Source: Tubiluchus corallicola (lineage: Eukaryota > Animalia > Priapulida). Taken from it: DNA of 64,000 nucleotides. Both the position numbers and the translations under genes were made by a program. The stretch is from contig JAQGDQ010000172.1 in assembly GCA_030141605.1 (NCBI GenBank), forward strand, positions 62,001-126,000, given 5' to 3'. Shown in pieces: positions 15,101-26,700 of this stretch (positions are counted from its first letter, which is position 1; the number at the start of each line of letters is the position of its first letter). The notes beneath the pieces are model-generated. The model did not search any database, had not been told where the DNA came from, and saw only the letters and a program-made list of their open reading frames with translations.

Positions 15101-18100
15101 GTGTGGTGTGGTGTGGCATGGTATGGGTGGTGTGATGTGGGTTGTGTGGTATGGTGGATGTGGTATGGTTTGTCTCTGTAGGTTTATGCGCAAATTTTTT
15201 GCTTGGTTTGGCTAGTTAAGCAGTAAGTTTTCGTTAAAACTCATGTCCCACCAGACATAGAATCATGTTGATATTAGGATCTGTGGCGATCTATTCTTCC
15301 CACCGTCCCACAGTGATGACCTTGAGCATGTTCAAAATTTTCTTCAGCTATAAAGAACTTCAATACTATGATGTGTCCATGGCCGTTTCTGCAGCCGTTG
15401 CTTTGTTACTAAGAACTGGAAGACCTCACAGCAGTCTGACAGAGACCTATCCAATTTTCATTATCTCAGTGAGATCTGCTTTAAATATTCGATTATTTCT
15501 GAACATTAATGCTTTGCTATGCCATTGTTTGCTGATATTAGTAGAATAGATTTTTTAAAATTTCCACAATTTTGTATTTGTAGTGCCAGTGAAAGATGTT
15601 ATTACAGAACCCAAGGCTTTTACAGAGTTTCTTGTTGACAATATTACTTTGCCAGATTCTGTTGTCAACTCAGTCATGAATTCAAGTTTCCATATAAATG
15701 AGGTTAGTGCTCAATTAATTAACTAATAAATTAAATTAGCTAGCCTTTACTCAACAAATGGTTTTAACTCGTGGTAAACCATCTAGAATTAGCAAACTTT
15801 TTATCAACTCTTAATGTGCTAGACTAATTATTGTTGAACACAAATAGAAAGGTTCATTAATTGTAGGTTAACACGTTAAAAACCTTTATTAAAATTAGAA
15901 TTTTTAAGTTATTTGTGAAACACGTGAAAAAGTGTTCCAATGTTGTGTTAGAAGTAAAATCCAGAACCGTTATTTATTTATTAAATACCTCTAATGTATC
16001 CATTTGCAAATTTTTCTAATGAATGATGTCTTATTAAGTGCAAAAAGTACATCTTCAGTCCCAGTTGGCTTGTAAGAAATAAGTTGAAGTGAAAATTTCT
16101 AGGAAATCATAATTTGCTGCATAACCGTAAAATTTTCTGTTTATTAGCTACTTTGTAGGGTTACAAATTTGAGACTATCTCAGTCAAAAGTTCACATAAT
16201 AATTGATAACAATTTTGCAATGGTTCTTGTCTAAACTGAATTTCCAATTAGTCTCCAACGACTTCACTGCATTGTTATTACGTAGAATAGACTTAAGGAT
16301 GCTCAATGGCATTTTGCATTTTTGAAAGTGTATGTGGTTTGGATTGTATTGCTACTTAGTGATTAATGTTTTTGAATTTAAGCATTGTCACATTGAATGA
16401 TATGCAATTGATTTTTGAGATATTTTGCAAAGTAGAGACAGTATAGGCAGCTCCAGATGTTGTTATTTTTTATTTTTTCGTTTTAAGATTTTGCTGAACT
16501 CGGATGGAGTGGAAGAGCTAGTGTGTGATCCACACCAACTTGCTAAGACACTTCGCTTTGCAAAGGATACCGACATTATTCATATCTCTAATAGTTTGTG
16601 TAACTTGAAGAGTGATAGGCTGGGCAAAATTTTGGATCATTTGGTAAAAGAACTCAGCATTGGAAAACTAATACAGGAGGTGAGAATATTTTAACTCTTT
16701 AGTAGGTTAGTGTTAATATTAGGTAGTAAGTAAAAAAGCTGTTATATTATTTTTAATGATGTGCAGTCTGTAATATATTGTGTTCTTAATGTGTATAGCA
16801 AGAACTTTCATATTTATAGTGGACTAGTTTCTGCAATCTAAATTTCATTAATAATATTGATGTATAGTGGTAACTACGTGGTAACAAGCCAGTTTAACAA
16901 GTTCCATTAATAAATTCTACAGCACTCTTTACACAAACCAATTAGACCATTAGACCAGAATGTATTCAAATCCTTTTCCAGCTCAGTTCTAGTATAAATA
17001 ATAGTTTTAATAAATGGGTTAATAAAAAGAAATCTCAAGGCTCAATTACAACTTTCTCAGATTGCATTTAGTGATGGTCACAAATATGAGATAAAAATAG
17101 TTTGAGCGACTGAATTAAAGAATAAATTGTTTAAGCGCTTAGAAAATGATTGGGCCAACGTTACAATAATCATATCAGTTTGTGATGCTAGTAGCTGTTA
17201 AGATTTATTTACAGCATGTTCTAAAGTTATGCTGCAATTCAAAATTGTGCTTTGAGTCTTTTTACCATTTTTATATTTACTTGTGTGTATTTGTACCAGC
17301 ATACCAAAACCAAAGATCTTCGAGTAAGGCTTATAGCAACTATTAATGTGCAAAACTTTAACTTGTTTTACTGATACATTTTTAAAAACATTGCACTAGC
17401 AGATATGTTAATCAAAAAACATTGATTTAGCAGATATTACAATACCTAAAACGTCTGTTTCCTGTAGTTAATTAATCTCGGTGCCGAGGAGATACTACAT
17501 AATGCAGACTACACAAAAGTAGAAGTTGCCAATCTAGTTCAGGATGCAGCTCGAGCTAGCTCCGATGTGAGCGAATTTTTTACTGCTATAGACGAGATAC
17601 TCTTAGAGCCTGAATTGAAGGTTGGTCAATCGTTGAAGAGCATTAGCCGCCTGGTTGAAGAGAATGATGTTGCAGGTGATAGTGCAGATTTTTTTCTGCA
17701 TATTTTTCTTTTTTGTATTCATGGAGAACGTCTATGAAATTTTTTCAATAGAGAGTCAAAATCTTTCAAATTTGAGTCTACCATTCATTTTTCAAAGTGA
17801 TAATAAAACTTTCTAAAATCTAGAGTACTTGGGAATGTAAAAATATGACAGCCACTCTGCAAATATATCTTAGCCCACAATAAATTTGTAATTGCCTTCC
17901 TGATTTGTCTACCTAATAGTGAAATCAGGATAAAATATAACTTTTTTGCTAATGTCAAAGCAGCTGTTCAGTCACTGGTTTTTTATTGTACTCTTTGCAG
18001 TAGTTTGTTGCTAATTATTTACTTTTGCTTAAATTTTGTAATTTCAGCACCACAGGCTTTAACAGCTATGAGTCAAGCATTATGTAGCAATGATGGTGAC

Positions 18101-21100
18101 ATCGGCTCCCTCTCTGACCAGTTTCAGCTTCTAAAAACTGCAGGAACCAGCGACAAGCTCACACCAAGTCAAGTGGATGAGATGAAGTCATTTAAAAGTA
18201 AACTTTTTCCTGATCAGTCTTAATAAGTTGCATGTCAACTAGTTATTCTAATTAGTTTGCAGTAGGGGATCTTTTGTAGTGCTCATTCTTTCAGCTTAAA
18301 TTGAGGCAATTACATGTTTTCTTTAGCAGATGTTCCACTCACACAGGATTCTCAGTGTAAGTGACCAGTATCCTAGAAATAAACATGTAGTACTTTGGCA
18401 CACTGGATGGTGAAAATAACACACTATATAAGTAATAAAGTGTAACAGATATGAGTAGTAACTCTGCTTCTCATGTACAGTTTGTTATTGATCAGCAACA
18501 AAATTTAGTAAATGTGTGACATTATTTTGCTAATCTGAAAGCTATTACAAAACTGTTTTAATATTTAATTACACAAGTTTAACTTTTTTTTGAGAAAAAG
18601 TTTCAGTGTCTTAGTAATCATAACCTGGTATTATATTTGTGATTTAAAATTCTGTGTTTCTTAAGAAATTTAACTTTCTTGAAAAATCTTCAGAATTGCT
18701 TTTTGCTAGGGTTAAGAAGTCTGAAAGCTGGAAAAGGTATGGACCATGGTTGTGAAATCAGAGTAACAGAATAATTGACAGTTTTTTTATTACAGCTGAT
18801 TTTTGTCAGCGGCTATACCGTGACATTGTTACTAGTGATGGCGGAGGTGTAATATGGTCATTCATTAGACCGATTCTACAAGGCCGCATTTTATATACAC
18901 CTGATACACCCGTGACAAGATTGATTATGAAACATGTAAGTTAGTATTATAAATTATAACTATAGTTACATTTTGTTTAATTTCTTTACAGTTGTTTATT
19001 AAAATTTTATTGTTTATAATATTTGAAATTAAATTAGAGTTCTTCTTGTACTGTTATAATAGTAGTTGTGCAGAATTCTGTAAAACTATTTGTTTTTTGA
19101 TATTGAAAGCAAAATGTTTGTGCCTTTGTCTGTAATGTTCAACATCTTTTCTTCAAAGATGACACTCTTCATTTAAAGAAAAAACAGAACTTGATTTTGT
19201 TTTAATTTATCTCGCTTCAGCTGCATACCCTCTGTTAGTAAAAATTGAAACAAACAATATGAAGGATTATTTTGCACAAAATTATTATTTGTAGGCCAAC
19301 AGAACATTTGAAGAAATTGCATCAATGGCAGAGACTGCTCAGTCTATCGGGGGAATTCACAAGCTGACAAATTTGCAAGAATCTTTGGATGATTTGGAAG
19401 TGGTTAAGGTTAATATTGTTTTTTTTTACTTTCCTCTGTTCAGGTTGTCTGCTTTTTTATTTGCCTTTTACTCTGCACTTTGATCAATTGCAAATGTCTT
19501 TTGGGCTTCCCTTTATAATATTCCCAAAGTTCTCTCAACTTCTGCTTAGTTGATTGTGTCTTTAAATTTACACATTTCACAAACCTATCTTCATGACAAG
19601 TGTTGGTGAAGTTGTGTCACATCATACTACTAAAAACAGCTTTTGCTCTGCAGTTAATCAAGACAACTATTTGAATATTTTTTGTGAATGGCACTGTTGT
19701 GATACCGAAACAGGTCGATCCATTTTGTTTTTTTGTAGGTTTTTACTATCCCAGTTTAGCTGCTAGGACAGTCGAAACATCTGAAATAAATTTCACAGTG
19801 GTGTTTTTTGTATAGTATCGTTTCTTCTTTGATTTTGGTCTACTAAAAGTCTATTTGGTATTACAAAATAAATGTGTCTAATCAATATATGGAATATCTC
19901 TTAATCAGTTCAACAATCTACAATTATTTTTTTGTTAGTTCCATTATCATCTATGGTTCACATTGATTAAATTCTGAGAATAAACTTTTGTTTTTAGGGC
20001 GCCTTGAAAAACAAATTTGTGAGCGGTGCACTTGAAAAAACTCTTGGTATTACTACTGACGAAATGTTAGCTATTGTGGCTAACATTTCCTCAATAAACA
20101 TCGATAAGTATGGCGATGCCCTAGATAGCTTCAGTTTAATGGGCGAGCTGGTAGCAAACATATCCGACTGCATAACTTTTGACAGGTATGTTGAGAATAG
20201 GTGTGTAGGTGTTACATCATCTGAGTTGATAATATACTTTCTCTTATGACTAAACGATTACCAGTTTGTTTCCTTGATTTTGCTTGACTATTGCAAACAA
20301 GATAACCTGGGGCGATTTTTAAATTGTTTTATATTTATTTTAGTTGACAAACAATTAAATACTTTTGATGGTATTTCATTGTATCCAAGATTCAAATAGT
20401 ATGTATGGAGGCTTCATTTTAAGAATCTAGGCTGTTCTTGATCAGCACAGGACATTTCGAGTTGTGACGGTAAAAGCACATGCTGTAGTTTGTGTTTGAT
20501 GTTTCCTAAAATTGCTGCTTTTGCCAAACAATGCAGCATTGCATTTTGAGTCAAGCTTTTCAAAGTAAAGCAATGGAAATACGGATAAAAACCATTTTTG
20601 TGGCAAATGGACACAAATTGTATATTGTGAGCATAGAAAAAGACTTTTTTATTTATTACCAAACTTTAGTTACTTAAATATATATTTTCATAATGCTTTA
20701 ATTATATAGGTTTGTAGCAGTGGATAGTGAAGCTGATTTTGAAGCGTTCCTTAAAAGAGAAAACAAACCTGGCAGATTGTCCAGAGATAACATTATGGCA
20801 GGTAATAAGAGCAGTGCAATGGTTAAGTTAGAACTTGAATTTGCTTACATGTATTCTTATGTAATTTTCTTTATTTTGTTGTCAGCTCTTAATTGATGTT
20901 ATATTTAATTTGTATTTATCTTATTTTCAGCTGTTGTTTTTCAAGTGACTGAAAACGCTGATCGGTATAAGCGACAAATCTCCTCCAGTAATGACATCCC
21001 TAAGCATGTCATTTATAAGATACGCATGGATATTGACAATGTTCCATTAACGGAATTGGTCAAAGAAGTGTAAGCATTTATTGTTATTACTTGTGATCTG

Positions 21101-22167
21101 TAAACGGTTTAGTGCTAAATGTCACTAATGTTGGGTTTTACATTAAAACTGACATAGACCAACTAGTGATTCTTTTGGAAAAATTGTAATCAGATTACTC
21201 GTTAAAGATTATTTTTAATAACATTTTTTCTGACTGCTTATTGTTTTTGAATTAGATTTGTTTTTTGGTGTACTGTGATTACTTATTTGAATATTGGTCA
21301 ACATAATCAAAATTAGGTCTAACTGGAGTCTTTTTGGTAACAAGCAACTTGGTCTAATAGTTTGGATAAAAAACTTGCTAAACTTTTGAAAATTCAAATC
21401 ACTTCGCAAAAATTAACATTATTTCAGATAATCAGTTTTTGGATGATCAGTACCAAAGTTCACATATTGGCTAGTGATGGGCTATTTTGAAATTTTGTAA
21501 TTCGATTATAATCTTGTTCTTGTAATTTGATATCACAATTAATCTTTTGCAGCCATTTTTTAAGGTTTTAGCAATATTTTTGAAACATTGCAGTACTGAA
21601 ATATAGCACATTCATTAACTACTCTATTACTATGTTGCTACACGCATCACATGAAACGAAGTTGGAGCCCCCGTTTCACAATTGTGCACTTTGTATAAGG
21701 CGATAAAAATGAAGAAAAAATTCAAGGATTCAGTTTATTTGTGCTAAAACATTGCCTTTTAGTCAGTGTGTAACATGTATATTTTGTTCTCGATTAATCT
21801 CCATTAATCTTGATTAATTGAATTACTGTTTAATTGCCCGATTATATCGATTTGTACAAAGTTGTAGTCTGGATTAATTCTATTAATCTATTAATTGTCC
21901 ATCACTAATACTGGCCACTTTTAATTGTTTGTTGTTGCATTGACCCGCTTTTAATGTTTGCGAATTAAAGCATTGCTCTATTTTTTGTAGCTTCTGGCAG
22001 CCGGGTCCAAAAGATAACTTTGCAGAAGACATGCGCTACATGCGTGGTTTCATCCAGCTTCAGGATATGATAGATCGTGCAATAATTGAGTTGCAGACAG
22101 GAGACAACTCATCTTATCCATTTATATTTACTCAGCAGTTTCCTTATCCTTGCCATGAAGATGATGA
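113..22167 (+). CDS. ABCA: ABCA exocytoplasmic domain 1 (ECD1) exons, greatly extended
   Basis: 27 small GT-AG exons in continuous phase. The last ones match the ABCA ECD1 core ([43 protein letters not shown]; [15 protein letters not shown]; FWQPGP; QQFPYPC). Upstream exons are divergent but open and show N-glycosylation sequons and spaced Cys. Confidence 0.8.
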
Positions 22168-23741
22168 GTAAGTACACCAAACTTACAAATAACAATTTTG
22201 AGAAAGTATTTATTTACGTTAAATAATTTTTGCTATTTAGCCTTGTATATTAATAATGGACAATTTTGCGTGTTGTAGGTTTGCTCCGCTGCGACATTCG
22301 GTACTGCCCATACTGATGGCAATTGCATTTTCGATTTCTGTTGGCATAATCACCAGAAACAGAGTCGTTCACAAATCGTTAGAACAGGTATATCTTGGCC
22401 TCATTTTTTTCACGAGGTGTCACATTCTGAAATTGCCTCAGAAATTAGACTAATATGTGGCACTCTTTCTGTAGCAAACAGCAAACATGAAAGTTCCTTG
22501 CATGCTTGCATGTGTGGCACACTGAGAACTCTATTTTCTAAAAGGAAAAATTCATAAAATTTGCTGTTTACAAACTAAATTTGCTGAAATTTAAACAAAA
22601 ATTATATGCCAAAATTCTCTTTCAAATTAACAATACAATACATTTGTAACTTAATGTAATCATTTCATTCGGCTACTCCTAGAGCAAACTGTGACATGAA
22701 CTTACTAACATGGAAGGTTTCACTTTTTTCATCATCATCACAGGTAAGTCTGTAAAAAAGGTGCGATAGTCAGCAAAGTGACCCAATACAAGCAACTGCT
22801 TGCCTGGCCAATCAAGTGTGTGGCTCCCTGAAGTGGGAGAACAAAAAACAAATTTTGGCTGATCAAGCTACCAAATTATATGGGTAATTTGCCCATAACA
22901 ATTACGTCTAGCTTAACAGTAACCAGTCTTGTTAATATCAGTGTTTATTACTCTAACATTCACGTACATTATAACTTCGTTCATTCAGGTTTCCCAGTGA
23001 TAATACGATGTTTAGGCTGGTGGTATTATTAATACTTCATATTCTAGGCAATGAAAGTGATGGGTTTGCGCAGTACAATCCAGTGGATTAGTTGGTTTTG
23101 CACTAGCTTCTTCATCATGTTCATCATCACTATTTTCCTTATCCTCATCCTGAGAACCAAGGAGATACTACAGTTCACCAGCTGGGGCATCCTGTTCTTG
23201 GTGTTCCTCGACTTTCTCCTGTCAACGATAATGCTGTGGTATGTTTCACTGAAAATTTACCAAGATTTTGTTTTGAAATGTTACCAATAAATGATGACCA
23301 AAATATGTTTCTGTGTTGTCCATGGAGTAAATGCCGTGTATACACGAGAGAAAAGTTGCTAGCCTGCGTTTATATCAATACTTCAAAAGTGTGTCTGTCA
23401 AGGGCTGCTTTTGTCTACCAATCTAATTCAGTCTTTATATTAGAATGTTGTTTGCCGCACAGTTTGTAGGAGTCTAGCTTTCTTTCTTGTACACTGTGAT
23501 GCAGTGTTAATAGATATTTTAAAGTCTATTGAGAAATTTATATGACAAATTTAGAAGTTTTGTGTGTATGTAAGACATTACAGTAAAATTTATTCAGTGT
23601 TCCCTTTTCGTGACAGTGCAAGAAAAGTATACAAAATGTCATTTATGTTTGACTGTTGTTAAATGCTTTGTCAAGTCTAACAGAGGAGGTAATTTTAATT
23701 TTAGAACAGCCATTACATATGCAAAATCATATTTTAGTTTG

Positions 23742-23776
<35 letters not shown>

Positions 23777-26700
23777 CGTGCGTGTGTATTCTTGTGATGG
23801 TGGAGAACAAATATTCTGTGTTAGATGATGTGCAAAATCACTGTTTATTTGGACAAATTAGTTTTGACACATAACCACTCTGATACACAAAATTGCAAGT
23901 TGTAATATACATGAGAAAAGATTCATAATCAGTGAGTTGTGGTTGATTGTTTTTTAGGAAAGCAGCTGCTGCAAATTTATTTGTATCTTTATTGATATGT
24001 ACTTGTATTTTGTTTTTGAAAACGTGACTGACATTTTGTATGAAGCTATTGCTGTATAAAAATAAAATATTTTTTTCAAATTTTTAGTTATTTGGTTAGC
24101 GTTTTCTTCAACAAGCCTGTACTAGCTGCTTTGACTGGTGTCATTATATACATGTTGTTCTACTTTCCATACATAATCATCATTACTTTGGAGTATTCGA
24201 TGAAATACTGGCACAAGACATTACCGGTATGGTATTTTTGGACTAGAACTGTTTTGTTAGTTTTAGTAATAAAGTATCTCAGATAGGTGAGATGTGTTTG
24301 GTAAGCAGTTTTTTGAGTAGCATCATAGTTTTTTAAGTATGAATAAGTAGGTAACGCATTTTATAAATATGTAATAGATGTGTAACTGTGGTGCTAGATT
24401 AATAATCTAGTCATGATTATTTTCTTTATTGATTAATGTAGGTCATAAACATGTTTTCGGCTGTATTTGACATCAAGAATGCTTTCAATTAAATATGTAG
24501 CACATGTAAAATACATTATGTAGTGAATGTATTCAATTTGTACTTAAAATGTCTTGGGTTAGGTTGCCATGAAAAGCCTTATATTTTTATTTCTGGGGCA
24601 GTTTGTAAACTATTAATGAACAAAAAAGTAAATTTGTTTATGTGACTGAAATTTAGTAAAAATTTGCTTGTACAGAGTTATCAGCATTCAAGCAAGTACC
24701 TCACAATCACTAGCTGGGATTCTGTAAATGTTATAAATAACAATATTAGGAAAGAAATGTTCTAACACACTGCAAGTTTTTTTTAATTGGTTTGTGGTAT
24801 TTTAGTTATTGAGAATTTCACAGTTTTTATTCGAACTGATTGTGAATGGTTATTGGAGAACTTACTAGGATTAATTCTGTAGTATTTAATAGCTCCATAC
24901 TTTTTTTGTGGTTTCAGTGCCTGTTTTCTACGTCAGCATTCAGCTTTGTTATATTGTACATGTCTCGGTATGAAGCCCAAGGTGTTGGCTTGCAGTGGTC
25001 AAATATAGGGGTAAGTCCCGTTCCGGGAGACGAGATGAATGTGTCTTGGGCCTGCTGGATGATGCTGATTGATGCAGCTATCTACTTCATCATAGCTTGG
25101 TATATTGAAAATGTTTTCCCAGGTAAGCCACGTTTGCTAGCTCTCAACTTCTAGTAATATTCATATTGTATAAGTCTTGCCCTTTTATTTGTTTTAATTT
25201 TTCGTTTTCCCAAACAACGCACGTTATTCATATCGGGATAGCTGTTTATATACAACAGTGTTAAGCAAAGTTGCTGCAATTTATTTAGCTGTATCCAAAC
25301 TTAATTCCATTGTAAGTGAATTCTTCATCCAAGTAATGCTCCATCATTCAGTTAGTAACTAGATAAAAAATTTTTACTGATTTTGTCTTTGCTTATAGAT
25401 ATGGAATAGCATCTTATGATGTGGTGTGATATGGAACATCATCTTGAACTGTTGTTTTTAGAATATTTTTTGTTATTTGCACATTCATACTGCAAATTAT
25501 TTGCACATGTAACGTACATGATATAAAGTCATCTATAAATTCGATTAACTATTGAACCAACTAAATATATAGTTTGCTGCACTGAATATACTAACAAGGT
25601 ATACTATTTACAGGACAGTGGGGTTATCCTAAACCGTTTTACTTTCCCTTTATGCCATCGTACTGGTGTAACATGTGTAGAACACGACCGAGCTACAAGA
25701 TTGGAGTTCGTAGTGGTCAGGATGCTAAGCATGTGGAAACAGATCCTTCAGGTATTGTGTAGATCATGTTGTTTGTTAATACAGCTATTGTTTATCAGTT
25801 TTTGAATATTTTATTGAGTTGAATCTGTAAGCCCAGATCTAACACTTATTGGCAGTGTTTATTTAACGTGAATTGTTGTGGTCAGACTAGAACTTATCTT
25901 ATTGTCAAGGGTAAACCTCTACTCTAATGTGTTCTTGCCATTTTCACCTTAATGAAGTATGCAGTCAAAGCACACAGTGCCTAGCAGCTGCCTAGAAGTA
26001 ATTTATTCGTTAGTCAGGTTATTCACACATTTACTGAGCAGGCGTGTTGTTGCCAAACATCGGCTGCTAAGCATAAACTGCAACTATTGAGCTATTTTTG
26101 TTGCACAAACAAGAAGATTTTCTTCCCTAAACTTTCTCTGCTAACTTTATTATTCAAAACGTGGAAACATACAGGTCCATTTTTGATGTGCAAATTTTTT
26201 TGGTGAAATTTGCATTTATGTTTACTGAGACTTTAAACTATTTATGTGTACTAAAGCCAGTTGTGCAATAACCGCTGGTTTAAGAGGAGGTAAAGCTTTG
26301 AAATCCCAATTCAAGTTTCTGTACATTAGAAGTAAAAGTATTTAAATTATCTTATTTAAGATGTATGCTTGTCAATTAAATGATTGTGCTCTGTAGACCC
26401 AGTTTTATCTGTATAATAAACCTAAATTAAAAAATACAGATAAAAATGTCCTAAGAAGACTGGTTAATATCTGTATCATATGTAGCATAAGTGAACTCTT
26501 TGTAATGCTAAATATAGCTATTAATTCCATAGAGAGTATTGTAGAAGAATGGAAATACATTTCACAGACAAAAATCATTGTTGCTTAAATTATATAAGTT
26601 AAATGTTTTATGAATTTTATTAATATTTCTACTGATTAATTTCTTCCTACTTGCTGAAAACCACCTACCTTTCTTGCCAATTTCTAGCTAGCAGTTTCTT

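Noticed and set aside
14627-15193. His/Thr/Pro-rich and Val/Trp/Gly-rich ORFs (up to 186 aa)
   Set aside because: Artefacts of the GT-rich low-complexity tract, which lacks stops in several frames; it lies in an intron whose flanking exons already join in phase.
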